This document shows positions 1 through 14,437 of a stretch of DNA of 64,000 nt, in pieces. Every line of letters begins with the position of its first letter. The stretch's first letter is position 1. The notes beneath the pieces are model-generated. The model was not told the DNA's origin, did no database searches, and saw nothing but the letters and a program-made list of their open reading frames with translations. Both the position numbers and the translations under genes were made by a program. Origin of the DNA: Botryllus schlosseri. Taxonomy: Eukaryota. The stretch lies in assembly GCA_051294905.1 (NCBI GenBank), contig CM119372.1, positions 24,306,001-24,370,000 on the forward strand, in the 5' to 3' direction.

Positions 1-60
1 TAGGGGTCAGGATTCCTGGCTCTCACCCAGGCGGCCCGGGTTCGATTCCCGGTCTGGGAA
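1..60 (+). tRNA. tRNA-Glu-CTC: tRNA-Glu(CTC), 5' end cut off by the window edge
   Basis: Anticodon arm CCTGG-CT-CTC-AC-CCAGG; T arm CCGGG-TTCGATT-CCCGG; 3' acceptor strand TCTGGGA plus A. Matches the eukaryotic tRNA-Glu layout. Confidence 0.9.
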
Positions 61-79
61 AAGCCATTCTCCGTTGTGT

Positions 80-338
80 GGCGAGATAGCGCAGTGGTAT
101 AATCCGCGTCTACAACACCAATGGGTGCGGGATCGAGTCCGACCGAGGTCGACTTCGGAATTCCGATACCCAAGTGTTGGAGGTTTACCTAGGCTCCTCC
201 TCGCCTTACCAAAAGCCTAGAGGTGGGCCGTGCTATAAGTCGGCAATTACGGAGAATAAGAAGAATATCGGCCTGGTGTAAATGACATAGTAGTCGACAA
301 ACACCATGAATACCCCAAAACAAACAAACAAACAAAAC
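80..338 (+). mobile_element. tRNA-derived SINE
   Basis: A-box-like TAGCGCAGTGG, B-box-like GGGATCGAGTCC and a (CAAA)n tail. Its 3' half recurs at 24371-24496. Confidence 0.75.
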
Positions 339-1229
339 CAATGGATTATTCGGTGATTGGATGTTTCTATTCTAGGGGTCCTTAATCAAGGGTCTGTGGA
401 TCCCTTCCGGGGTACGAAGCACCACATCAGGTGATGCGAGATGCATTATTGGATTGTAGGCCTATGCCATCTAGAACTTGAAATATTGTTGCAAACAAAC
501 CAAAAGTGGAATCTTTTCTGGGCTAATTTATTCAACTGGTAAATATTCTTTTGCACTATCCACAATTTTACGAGAATAGGCTTTTTGATCCCGTCCCGTC
601 AAATAAAGCCTACTTGGTGATTATACATTGAATACCCCTATTATTGATGGTGCGGCCCGCGGCGTAACCAAAACTAGGAAATTGGCCCGCGAACACATTT
701 GAGTTTGAGACCTCTGTTTTAACGTATGTGCCACGAGAGGTCCGCCGGTGAGCTGTGACTTGAAGTGTGGTAACTGCGTAAACGGCGTACGGAACAAAGA
801 TTCAACACGGTTCATGTTCGCACTAGACCTGACTAATTATCTGCAGAAATGGAAATGACTATTCCTCGAGAGATAGCGTAAGCCTAATTGGAAAGGTCAA
901 CGAGTTCGGACAGATACGCAATTGTTATCTCATAGATTGGGCCGGTCATATTGAATCCAAAACATCATTCTGAAGAACTAAGAATAGCAGCCTCGGAAAT
1001 TCGGTCTCGGTACAGCATAGGAGATTTTGGCCTTGAAACTGGAGACTGTAACACGACACATAAGGCTTTATTACTGTCTATAGGTCTGCTGCGAAATCGC
1101 CTTTGTAAAATATATTACCGAATAAATACGTGGATAAAAGCCTTAAACTTAGTACACTGTTACATGACATCATCGAGAAGTGGCCTCGTGGCCCTTTTCG
1201 GTATGGTACACTGTCAAAATTAATGCGAA

Positions 1230-2100
1230 CAGACCAACACCGAATTTTGCGTAAAATTTACTGAGGAATAGGCTGATCAAGTGATCAGCTGTTAGCCGCC
1301 ATCGAAAACGAAATAGATATCGCGCTTGACAGGGGGTTGTAAGCAAATGGCTTGAAGGCCACAATTTCACGGTGAAATTGACATTGGAGAATATAATATC
1401 AAAGTAAATATTTGAATGCAAACTGAGAATGATATCATCATCTCAGTTAACGTTACCGCAGATACACCGGCTTTTGCGTGAAACCCGCAATGCGTTGTAG
1501 GCTAAAGTGTCAGATCGGAGCACATCTCTACCATACTCGACCTTGAAAACGAAATTACTGCCTAATCACTGAGTGTCAACCTTGAGACTTGGCACAGCAT
1601 TCGATACTAAAATCAAGACATACCGTGCAAAAGCTTATGACGGATCTAGGTAAGGAGTATCGTTAAAGTCAATAGAGACCAATACCGGCTTTGCGTATAA
1701 TCTGTTAGCGATAAATGACGAGTCAGCTCTCACTCGAATTAGGAAACGAAATTACCACTAACACAGTTCAGTGACAAACTTAAAACTTGGTCACAGCGTT
1801 CGATACTAACATTAAGACTTACCGTGCCAAATTTCATAACCGATCTCAGCATTGAACATCGTCAAAATCAATGGATACCAATATCGGCTTTTGAGTAAAA
1901 TCTGTTTGCGATACATGACGGATCAGCACACACTCAACTTCAGAAACGGAATTACTACCCTAAACTTTAAGTAGAAACCCTGAAACTTGGGGCAGTGTTA
2001 AATACCACCATCACGACATGACATACCAAGTTTCAAGAATTTTCATGGTGTGAAACACCATCAAAATCGACCTATACCAGCATAGGTCGACTAAACGCAT
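1230..2100. repeat. Degenerate tandem repeat of about 200 bp (4-5 units)
   Basis: Recurring blocks (GATAC..CGGCTTTTG, GAAACGAAATTACTA/C, AAACTTGG..CAG, ACCGTGCCAAATTTCA-like) starting near 1461, 1677, 1874 and 2070. Confidence 0.6.
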
Positions 2101-5100
2101 ATGACGGTAACCGAGTTCAGCTATAGATACGATTGTTACATCACACCTAAGGGGCACAGAGCTATTGTGCCCCGGTTGCTCGGTAATTTTATGAATAGGA
2201 GAGAGTAAATCACCGTTTCTTTATTGTGCGCGGCTTTGAGAGAATAGATAGACAGTGAAAGCTTGTTATGAGCGCTACCGGGGCATGCCCCGGCTAGGCA
2301 TTCGCAAAGCGAAAACACAGAAGAGAATTCGATTTTCGCAGAGACTTCGCTATACATGGGCATTTACAAGCGAAAGGACAAGAAGAATACCATTTTCGCC
2401 GTGATTTCGGTATATATATAGATTGGTGTGCGTCTATAAATGGTAAAGAAATGTTATTGAACAGAATTTTAGGTGGGGCAATGCCCCAGTTGCCCTATAG
2501 GACGAGCCGCCACTGAACAATACAAAACAAACGTGGCATTGTGTTTGAGTATCAAATAATGCATTGTGTGTTCTGAGCATAATAAATATACGTTGAGCGT
2601 ACAAGTTCATGGAATTCATATGTCATTATAAATGTATGCAGTAGGCTACTAGCACAGAAACTTACCTTTTTCAATTTAGTCTTCGATATCGTACGAAAAT
2701 CAGCGTACTTGACATTTAGCTGTTCGTCAGGTACTTCTAAATGTTTTGCTCCGAAAAGAGCGCAACAATATATAACTCGGGAGTGTTCAGAAGCCTCGTC
2801 GAATTTGAGCGTTGATTCCTATCAAAGGTGTTTCTGTTAAACCGGACCTGGGTATTGCGTGGCCAGCGAAAAGTTCCTTGGAATTTGGACTGAAAAATCT
2901 ATTTAATAATGTTAATGTGAGGGTAAAAACTACTGTCTAAGCGGATCCGGATATGGGTTTATACTATGAAGTTTTATTTTTTATTTTTCTGTACTGTGAG
3001 TACCTAACCTACTCATGTCGTGTGAGTAATCCAGCTACAAAATAAAGGCGATATAGCAAAATTATGCCGTAATAATTAAAGTTATAATTCACTGTTTTCC
3101 TATTCGAGTTAAAATCTTGTTTGCTGCCAGGCCTGTGCCTTAAACTGTGACGTCATATGTGTCTGAATCCTAATTCGCAATGCAACGTAATCAGTGCTAG
3201 TGATTAGCGGTCATCCTGACTGATAAACGATGTCATGTCAAGCATAGGTAGCCCGTCCTTTTGAAAGGACAATTCTGACGCTAATATTCAGTTGCAATTC
3301 AACAAAGTCGTATTATCAGTGCTGCGCGAGTCCGCGAACAATTAGCGAGATGCGTCTGTGCACGCATATCGCATCGCACAAGGCAACGCGACGCGATCTC
3401 GCGCTGAGATGATCATAAATTAGATCATTGATTGCCGCGCGCTCGGCATTCGTCGTTGGACTGAGCATTAACACAGCGCGACAATTCTGAAACACGAAAG
3501 CCAGACAAGATTTATGATTATAATCGCGCGCGGCTAATCAGTAATTATCCCTTATCCGCCAACACAATGGGTTTTTACTTAGTATTGAGTAGCTCGCATC
3601 GCGACAATTGGTTGCTGGTTAACATCGATTTTGACTGCATTGCTGCATTTCCCGATTTACGTTCGCAAATCATAATTGGATTAATATTTTGGGCACTGGA
3701 ATAAATTCCAACCAGCAGACACTCAATAAAACACTGTTCAACGTTGCGCTACGAGAATATTTATCTCAAAAATGGTTTACGAAATATTTTAAGGCGGATC
3801 AAGTTATAAATGAGAAACTCCCTTGCTACGCACCTGGGGTTTTTATGCCGACAACACGCTGGTTAATATCAGCCCGCGGACTACGTAGGCCCCGATCAGC
3901 CAGTCGAATTTGATCGTAGGAAGGTGCGATTTTAATTACCCATGTGTTATTGCATTGAGAGCAATATGGGCGCGTGCCGCGACCTTATGAATAGAAATCC
4001 CAAAGGTTTGAAATTCGATCCGCGATGTGGTTGCGCTCGATAGGGTACGTCCAGCCATGAAGTTTATTGGAACACAGAAGGTGCCCGTTCAAACTAATCG
4101 CATAAATTCTGAATTTGCGCCAGCGAGAATCTCGTGTTGCATCAATGTTTGACATCGCAATTCAACGCCGTGCACTGCACAATGCGCAGTATTAATAACA
4201 AATCAAACACTGACAAGTGATACCGAGGGAATAGGAGTGTATAGAGCAGACAAGAATTAGTAGCCTACAGATAATAGCAAACGAGAAAGCGCGCGTGTAA
4301 TCAGTAATTCCTCAACTTGCTTACTGGTACTGCACAATGGGGTTCCAAGTCTGACATCGCGACAATTGTTTGAGATGCATTGTTGCATTTCCTGACAAAA
4401 GTTGGCAAAGCCTTGTTAGAGTAATGAATCTGCGCACTTTGCGAAGGAATGACTTTCAATTCGCAGGCATGCACAAGGATACTGTCCTATTTCGCGCTCG
4501 AAGCCTCCAGTTAAAGAGACTATCACGGAACTAACTCAAGAATTATTTTGTAAACGAATATGGGCGCAAATATAATTTAATTAAGAGAAGAAGAACGCGA
4601 ATTCGCTCGTCTGATCGCGAAAAATGGTGTTTCTCAGCGTAAGCGTGTCAAAATCGAGGTTGCTTCGATTGTCTGACTACTAATCACGGATTACAATTTA
4701 TTGGGGCGTGTTAAGCACTAGTTCGTCGTCGCCAACTAAGCTGCGTATTCAATTATTCGCGCGCGTATCCATTAATGATAAATAGTTGGCATTTATGCGC
4801 TATCACGGACTCGCTAATCGACAGCGCTGATGATTTGCAATCGCAGACGGAGGGCGTTTAATCTCATTGTATGGGGTGGCCGCCACCCCATAAATGTGTC
4901 ATGCGGTGGCTGCGCCACCCCGCCACCCCGTAACCCGGAGCCTATGATGTCAAGCAATGAATGCTGTGGCTGAAGAACGACATTTCAACAAGATTTGGAG
5001 CAATAAATATTTCCTTGCTGAAGTCAGCCGTGAACCGGTCTTTTTAGTTTATCGTGAGCACCGAGAAGGTATCCGTGTCTAAGGAATATAATTTGAGTGG

Positions 5101-5852
5101 GCATTATGAGAAAAATCATGCAGTGAATGCTGCATACACTCGCCTGATGTGGCCTTGCTGGCGAATCTAGTTCAAGAACAAGGCTATTTTACCAAGCCAC
5201 ACAGAGCTAAGGACCCAGCCAAATATTGACGCATCCACTTAACAACATGTGTTAACGAGGTAATTCACTGCTTTCGATTTGGAAATAAAACTGCACTCCG
5301 GGGAACATAGTCTTAACCAGTGGTTCTTAACCTTGTCTCCAGCGCCCCAAAGGAGAGGTTTGGATTTTGAAGTCGGCGAATACATAATTCAGGGGCGATA
5401 CGGGGGGAGGGGGGTGACTGAGCTCACGGGGGCGCTGAAGAAAAATGGCGTAACAGTAGATGATGTAGTAGTTCTCCCAAGGACATATGATGACATAGTA
5501 GAAAAACATTTCTATTGGCTATATATAAATATAACCAAAAATTCTCGTTGCCAATTTACATTCGATAAAATTTATCCAATCTCGACATTTTTCGTCGCGG
5601 TTTGCGCGAAATGTAACGGCGTTATATGTTTCCGACAATGCGTTAGTTGTTATGATAATTCATGTAAAGCAAAGGTTACGTGCAGCATGCGCGTACTTTT
5701 AGTTCGCTATTCACCTTAACACTCCTCTGTCACGCTAGATATGAGGTTTTTCAACAAAACTATACCACGTTTAAAAGTGAGCGACGTGTGAGGGCTTTTT
5801 TGCTAAAATTATAAATTTGTACTATAGGATATATCCTATAGTTAGTCTATTT

Positions 5853-7041
5853 CTCGGGTTCTCAAAAGGTGGGCCATGGCGCACTGGTGAGCCACAGGAG
5901 CATTTGAGGTGGGCCACAAAGCTATTTAGATAATTTTAGAATAAATGTAAGTTTAGCTATATTTGTTATGTTAAACGCTAAAAATATATTCATAAACCTT
6001 TTCATCGTACTCTGATGAGACGTAGTGGCACGTATGGAGTCAGAATGTACAAGTAGAAAACTGGAGGGACAAACGGCGGCTTTTTCCATTGGTTATGAAA
6101 ACCTACGGCTAACAGCGACTAAAATAATTTGGAGTATATAATAACTGGACGGTAATGCTGAAGTAACCAAGAACTCCGGCAGGGTCATATGCTGTATGTC
6201 GCTGAAAGGGGTGTGCAATAAACTCGAAATGAAGTGCAATTGTTGTATAGATTTACTGTACTTCGGCAGGTCGTATTATTACTATTACCATCATTGGCAA
6301 TTATTAGCAACTTCTGGTGAAGGTGTACTGCACCACTGCAACGAATCGTAATGGTAATGGATTGAGGATTTAGCTGAGCGCATTAATCTGAGGAGTCGGT
6401 TGAAAATGTCCGGCCAGGAAATCATTGTACACAATGTAAGAGTCAGATGAATTAATTGTATCACTGGGTTGGATATTCTGCATCGCAACTTCAGTTGGTT
6501 TGTTACAAGACATACAGTAAACATTGTACAGCATGCATATTAAAAAAACTTTTTCTCCACTTCTCTGTATTACCACCTTCATTAATGAATGGTTTGAAGC
6601 TGACCCAGAATGATTATATTATTTCCCGACAATAGTGGAACTAAAACCCCAATCACACAGTGGATCATTGATCATTGTGTTTCGCGACGCGAATGGAGCA
6701 GCGGACGATCATAATATACAAAGGAGATTTAGCCTATGATCTACCAGGCCCGTAACTACCGCACCCAGCCCTCAAATTGGGGGAGATCGAGGGAGCGCAA
6801 GATTATTTCGTTGTTCGAGGATACTAATTCAACTTGAAAATTTTCGTCGCGCTTGGCGCGATTTCATGTCCCGAGAGGTCTGCATTTAAATATAATCGGT
6901 AGGCTATATTAAGAGAAATAGGCATATCGGCGCTGTCGGTTAACACGCGTTGAACGAGATTATGACTCTAAGATAAGTGGGCCACAGCACATTTTCAAAC
7001 CGGAAAATGGGCCACGGCCAGGAAATGGCTGAGAACCCCTG
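5853..7041. mobile_element. Non-autonomous hAT-type element
   Basis: Imperfect TIR (CTCGGGTTCTCA...TGAGAACCCCTG) and a perfect 8-bp TSD GTCTATTT at 5845-5852 and 7042-7049. Confidence 0.75.
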
Positions 7042-7159
7042 GTCTATTTCTTCATCGCACCATAATAAATTATGCTGTTTGAGGTCCACAACCTCACATG
7101 TACATTATATAATATGGGTGCCAGTAGTTAAGTAGATCGGTCGCATGACGCAATGGGGT

Positions 7160-7620
7160 TCTTATGGCGGGGTGGCGATTCGCCGTGAAAACCCGGGGTG
7201 GCGATTCGCCTCTTATCTCTTATGGCGGGGTCGCGATTCGCCATGTGTTCATATGGGTGCGGTCGTGATTCGCCTTTTCAGGTATAGGCTGCGGTCGTGA
7301 TTCGCCGTGAAAACTCGTGGTCGTGACTCGCCTTTTTTGCTATAGGCGGTGGCGGTGATTCGCCTGTCGTGTATTCTTACGGGTTCTGTGGTGATTCGCC
7401 ATGTGTTCTTATGGGTGCGCTCGCATGTCGCACTTTCGGGTATAGGCATCTCTCGCACATCGCATGGAAAACTCGTGGTGGCACATCGCCCTTTCGGGTA
7501 TTGGCATCTCTCGCACGTCGTACTTTCGCATGTCGTGCTTTCGCGTATAGGTTGTGTTGGTGATTCGCCATGCGTTCTTATGGGTGTGGCGGTGATTCGT
7601 ACTTTCGGGTATATACATCT
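7160..7620. repeat. Subterminal GC-rich repeat array of the Maverick end (mirror copy at about 20325-20785)
   Basis: Repeated GGCGATTCGCC / GTGATTCGCC / TTCTTATGGG blocks. GGCGATTCGCC is itself an imperfect palindrome. Confidence 0.8.
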
Positions 7621-10600
7621 CTCGACCGGTGTTGAATATGTATCAAGTAAATAGTCATGTGAATGAATCTTTGTTAATGTGTATATCGGGCCGCACAAAC
7701 GGAAACGCGGCTTGTTGTGAGGATTAAGCAGTGCGACCTATATTTCGAATGACCTGTGTGTGGAATTGTTTCACGGCCAGCCGCGTGCTACTATCGATTA
7801 CACTAATCCAGTCAGCACTATTACATTCAGGAGTATTCAGTATTCAGCAGCGACACGAAAAGCGATCAACAAATAACCGCGTTCACAAACTAACACTTCA
7901 AAAATGTGTGAAATAGTTTGCAAAACCCCGCGATCGCTGACAAGATAATGTCTCGGCCATAACCATTTTAGTGACTTGGTGTTAAAGACATACCGATCGC
8001 TCACAAGGTAATATTTCGGTCATTAGTTTGTCACAGAGTCGTCGCAGACGGTGATTCGAAAACCAACAATTTGACACTTTCTGGTGCTTGCTATATGTTT
8101 TGACACTTCGGAACGTGGTTGACTTTAGTTGTATAATAAGAATCATGTGAATATACAAGTAATGTGGCAATTTGTCAACTTGAAATGAAACTTACTGCAC
8201 AAACCAAGTTGATTCGTATCTGATAGTGTTAATTCGGTACAATTCTAATTATTTTGAGAAATCTTTTGATTCGACCGTAACCGAATATTACTGACGCCGA
8301 CTTTCAGCCGCATCGAATTATTCGCACATTCCGCGCCGCTGTTTTCGCACTTATAGAATCAATACAATTATAACTCTACAAGAATCAAGAATCACAAGTA
8401 TGTGTATTATACAGTTATTGTCTTTATCAACATGAAATCAAACTCTTAACAAAAACACGCAACTAATCATTTGCCAGCTCTAACATTATCAAAAAATTCC
8501 AGTATTGTTGATTGAAAATCCTCGAGTCCTTGTTATCAAAAACGTTATAGTACGGTGTCGGAATCCATTCGCGGGGTGTACTAAAGCTAAATCCAGATAA
8601 TCCAAAATGAAATATTTGGACTTTGACATAGTGTGAATTGAAATAGGATTGACAAACATGACTACCAACTTCCCCACAGTCCCGTTTCGATATTATACAC
8701 ACATTGATTTGAAACAAGTAATGAAATATTACAACTCTATTCACGGTCTGGCTTTCCGTTTGTCAAAGAGATATTTTACATCTTACCATACTCAAAAGAA
8801 TTATTCACAACATTACCAATTGTTAAAAATCTAGTTTTTCAATTACTTGATTATATCACTGCAACTCATGAATTTAAATTAATTCATCCTGGTTGTATTC
8901 GTATGCTCGGTCTTTTTTATTCAATTGTAAAGGTTGTTACTATTCTGAAAACAAAGTATTTACTAATCGATGCATATACGATTTGACTTGGACATATTAT
9001 ATTTTGAGTATACGAGATTTGAATGTCAGAACAATAACTGAGAATTAATTTATCACAATTAAATCCGCATATTACAGCGTAAAAGATATTGGAATGTCAA
9101 CAACTCTGTAAGGTCATAGTTACTACCACTAATTTACCCGACCAACTCGTCATGATCATTCCCGAAATCAACACAAACATGACCACTGACTTGAGTTAAC
9201 CACAAAACAGCATCAAGTTTTAAATCCACTTGTAGCTTACGGCTTATTTGAATGCGGGTTATGTTTTGTTGTAATTGAGTGTACGGAAATAGTATTACGT
9301 CTCGACATCTTACCATCTTACCATATTCAAAGAATCAACCACAATAACATTGTCAAGTAAATCCGTTACCCGACCAACTCAAACAGTATCAGTATGAAAA
9401 ACAGCCAAACATACACGAATCCATACAATCACTAAAACCTAAAATCCATAACAAGGTCGGATGTATTCGTATCCCTACGCATCTTTTTTAATCAACTTGA
9501 AAAGTCGTTACTATTCTGTAAGAGAGAGGGATTACTACGCGGTATATTCTGCAAGACAAACTAATTACTACTCGGTATATTTTGTGAGACAAAAGTAATT
9601 ACTCTTTGGTACAGGGGACTTGAGCTTAACATAATATGTTTGAGTATACGAGATTTGAAAGTCTGATCGACGTAGTTGCGACTTCATTTCTTACAATCGA
9701 ACGCTGGTGTTACATTGAAAGTTATCATGCTGTAAACATAAGGATTGACACATCGATTTAACATATGTAATAGTTGATCATGACTTGATTATTAAATTAT
9801 TCGCGTTAATTAGACCCGGCGTTGTGTTGAAAGTTATGACAGCAACAAACTTTTCAGTACCAATGTTATTAACATATTAAGCTGTAAAACTATGCGTGTC
9901 TGAAATGTTCTTGAATGGAAAATTATTCCACCTTGGTACATATCACCCTGCGTATCGCGGATATCAGAAAATATTTTACAAATGTAATTGTCCCCACTAA
10001 CCAAGACTAAAGATGAAACAACAATTTCCTTTGTTAAACAATAACCGGTACAATACTTTATCATCGTAATCAGCAGTGAGAATTGAAACACTTTCGCACA
10101 TTATCCGGTGTCAAGATATCACACTAGGTGAATTGACATACCGCCGCTTGCATAATACCTAATCCGTTCACACCATTTCACATACTTTGATCATTACAAA
10201 AGTAAATTGGAATATGTTTGCTAGATGCATTCAATTCAGTTAGAAATGTCTGGTGCACAACAATCGTAATATCAAAAAAGTACTTGCTACACTGTTATTT
10301 GCTAAACGTGTTTTGCATTGTTGTTCATTTGTAGTATTGATTGTTCTTGAACCCTCAAAGAATAATTCCCGACATGAAACCAAGCCACTGAAAGTCGTTA
10401 CCATCACGAAGAAACAATGTGTACGATGTTTGTCAAATGTGTCCTACCTGATCAACAGAAAACAATTTTCACTCACTCGAAATGAAACCAATGTGATGGC
10501 CTCCATTCGATATTTTGTTTGTGTCAAATACTTTGCAATGAACACATTTGCGTGGTTGAGCTTTACATCATCAAGCTGTTATTTGTAAATCAAGATTTCG

Positions 10601-12159
10601 GTAAACTTGTAAATGTATCGTTTAACTAACCAACATTTAGTGATTGTTGAACATACGACTTCGAAATACTGCGTTGATCGTAATTTCCATAATCGTGATA
10701 ATCGAAGTACATTTCTTTCGAATTCGTAACAACCGGCGTTTCTACGACATGATAAATTTTTGACAAGTTATGCTTAGAAGATTGGTTGCATATCGCGAAA
10801 AATAATATACCACTCATATTGATACTGTTACTCCATTGATCGATATTTTCAAACGAGTAAAATTTATTACTTGAGTTTCTCCGCTTAATGTAAATGCAAA
10901 CTCAGCCGTCTTTTAACATCACAAAGGCATTGATAAAAAGTAGACAATCAAACACAACACTTTGTACGACACTAATTATTGTTCCACACATCTCATTTCA
11001 TACTAAGTGTATACGAAAGATATTCACGACACATGAAAATATTCGCTCATGCTACGAACATACGCAATGATTGGTGGTGCTTTCAAACTGTTTCGATATC
11101 ACAAGAACTTTATTGTCTGAATGGGTGTTCATGTATCTTAATAATCAAATAGTTCAACACAGAACTAGTACTAACAGAAACATCAGAGTTGTTTACACAA
11201 AAGTTTGTATGTGTACAGTATGCGAATACCATGTGTAAGTCCAGCACAATTGCAGTATCCATCCGAGTAAATTTATTACAACGGAGCCACGTAAACTTTC
11301 GTGAAAGAAAAGCATACTCACTTCCAGAGGGTTATGTCAACACCATAGCAGTAAATCAGCTACTCCAACAACAAAGTACATATGTTTCTAGCCACGATCC
11401 TTACATCTTTCACATAGATCAATCTACTTTGCTAACGAAAAGTGATGAGTCATCACATGATCGCCCTCACAACAAAACAGCTAGTAGATATTATCATTCA
11501 AAATATTCCTAACCCTTTACACACCAGTGACAAATCATACAACGAATATGTTTTGTGGGTCGAATTGTTGTTCAGTGTCAAGTCTACCTGTTGAAACGTA
11601 CATTAAAAAAGTGCAATTCAATTAAAACCACGAATCTATTTTCATTTCGTCACATACAGAAATATAAATTTTCTTTCCCCAACACATACTTGTAACCAAT
11701 CGCTTTCATTAAACACACAACTTCATAAAAGTATTTACTTTCTACAACATAGACATTCCGATGTAGTCAAGAAATATTTTTATTAATCAAAATCATCGAC
11801 TTCTGTTTACGGCGTTAGTGTGTGCATGTCATACATGTGGGATCCGTATTAAAATGGACACGACACGACTGAATGTAAGGAGATAGAAGTCTATCGCATA
11901 GATTTACATGTGGTCTTCGCTACGGTTTCAAAAAACGAATCACCTCTTTTGCATTGATCGAGACCGAGCGAGTTAGTTAATGGCCATGATTGTGTTTGTC
12001 ATATGCGAATGATAGGGTTACTGTCAAATCTACATACAACAACCTTCTGGCACTCATAATAGCAATTTCATTCTCTACCTTCGTAATTGTAGACTCACGA
12101 CAAGTATATTGTACAACTCGACAGCTACGTTTAACAACACCAACGACACTAAACATACG

Positions 12160-12780
12160 ATACCTACCCAAGTAAAATTACCATTTTCACCTGGAGGTCA
12201 GTCGTTACCTGAGTAAAAATACCATTATTCCTTGGAGATTTATCGTTTAATCAGAGTAACAAAACATTTTCACTTGGGGGGTCTATCGTTTCCAAGAGTA
12301 ACAAGCCCCCTTTCCTTTGGAAATCTATTTTTTCCCTGGGTAACAAACCTTTTTCACTTGGAAATATATTTTTTCTCTGGATAACAAACCTTTATCACTT
12401 GGAAATATATTTTTTTTCCCTGAGCAACAAACCTTTTTCACTTGGAAATATATTTTTTCTCTGGATAACAAACCTTTTTCACTTGGAAATATATTTTTTC
12501 TCTGGGTAACAAACCTTTTTCACTTGGAAATATATTTTTTACCTGAGTACCAAACCTTTTTCACTTGGAAATATATTTTTATCCTACAGCAACAAACCAT
12601 TTTCACATGGAAAACTACTTTTACCTAGAGTAACTAATCATTTTCTTTTGGAAATATATTTTCTCCCTGGGTAACAAACCCGTTTCGTTTGGAAAACTAT
12701 CATTTACCTGAGTACCAATACCGTTTGCACTTGGAAATCTATCTTTTCTCTGGGTAACAATACCATTTTCGTTTTGAAAA
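12160..12780. repeat. 41/42-bp minisatellite, about 15 units (left arm)
   Basis: Unit CACTTGGAAATATATTTTTTCTCTGGRTAACAAACCTTTTT. Period is 41 in the centre and 42 in some diverged edge units. Confidence 0.9.
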
Positions 12781-14437
12781 CTGACAACCACACCCGACAA
12801 TTTGATATTTTTGTATATTGTTACAACGGGCAGTGACAAAATATACACCAACAACGACTCCGATACATTTGTGCAATCGCATATTTACTTGTGTTGGTGC
12901 ATCCCATCAAAATCATCGGTTACCCACATGCAATGTGCTCTTGTATATCGAAATGCATGTTTGGGAAATTGGACAATAGGTTTCGATAGGTCTGTGATGT
13001 CCGGGCTCGTGCTTTGGATTTTCCAGAGTCAAAATGTCTGAATAAAACACCTCCTCGACGATGGTTGGTATGTGGATAACGGTGTTCGGAAAACGGTTGG
13101 ATTTATGTCACCCATCGCGATAACAATTCCATGTCGAGTTTTCCCCGCATGTTTACTATATTGTGTCTTTATTGATCAATGTATGTCTCGACATTCAGTT
13201 TGAAATCGGAAACTCTGATAAAGTATGTAACCGGATCCGGATATCAACTCTGAATCGATAAACCAATGAACAATATTCAAAGTAAACATGTTACACCCTG
13301 TGTTTCCACGAAAAAATACCATCCAGACATACGTCGCGCTTGTTTGCCCACACCAGTATACGCGTAAATGGAGGTGTGTGACATTGCATGCAATGTGTTG
13401 GTATACAAACATCGATCCACAGACATTATCATAGCCGGTAGTTTTGATGTAGATCGAATGTCACCCGATAACAATACCAATAAGCCACATTGCAATGACT
13501 CTGAGTCCGCGCTATTACATCGATATTTCGACACCGTTCACTGATTTACTCGATGGTGTTATCGTGTTGTTACATTGCAAGATAGTCATGACCTTATCTG
13601 CAGACGGACCACCCAGACCAATTGGATACATCGGTCAATATCCGTCGTGTTGTCGACACCGAAGTTCTCTGCTGCAGCGTTTGATCAATGTGAACTATCG
13701 AAGTACGGTGCTCGAAATGATTGCGATCAGTCTTTCACTAAATCACGATGCATGGATGTCGCTACTCCTACATAACGACTCCAGATAAATATCGTGAACA
13801 GTGATTCTACAAATGTCGGGCTGATATTGTGATCCAATAAGGTGTGTTTCTGTGAAGACTGCAATCGTACATCACAAATAGAACACTACCTCGTGATTTC
13901 ACACGCAAGCATATTACACACTTTCGTAAGGGTCCAGTTCGTCCGGCGACATTTCGAAACGGTCATCGCCACAAGAGATCGAGGTTGGTCTCGTCATATC
14001 GGAGCATTTTGAAACTGTCATCACCACAAGTCTATTGACGCCGATTCTGTTGGTCATGTCAATCCGTTTCACAATCCATCGTTTTTCAACTCCCCGCACC
14101 ATAGTGTTACGACACAGACAAGAAGCGTCGGAGGGAATAATAAAACACGGAAAGCACACTTTGGTGTTATTTGACATGGATTTTACACCCGACGAACCTT
14201 ACATTCGAGCGATGCATTGGAATGACGCTTGTATTATTGACGTAGAAGGAACAGAAATGTATCGATTTATTGGTTTCGTACATATCCAACAAAAATCTGG
14301 GTATGTGATTGTGCGTGGTTCGCATATTCGACTGTGAACGCTCTATTGGTATATGCTGTATAGTTCACTTTCACCGTCGTGCGAATAACCCATGTTACGG
14401 TTCCATGTTTGTGCGTCTGTATGTCATGCTTCAGATT

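Larger units (their letters stand above)
7123..13507 (+). repeat. Left arm of the giant inverted repeat (6,385 bp)
   Basis: ORFs in the track are mirrored in the right arm with coordinate sum 27945 (7249/20696, 8463/19482, 11189/16756, 13176/14769). Confidence 0.97.

Noticed and set aside
5279..5719. 146-aa ORF
   Set aside because: It runs through a hAT MITE terminus (CAGTGGTTCTTAACC) and has no recognisable domain or splice support.
7249..7698. 149-aa and overlapping ORFs (and mirrors at 20247-20696)
   Set aside because: They arise from the GC-rich subterminal repeats, are open in several frames on both strands and have no domain features.
12160..12780. CRISPR-like array
   Set aside because: Units are contiguous with no unique spacers, there are no cas genes, and the context is eukaryotic.
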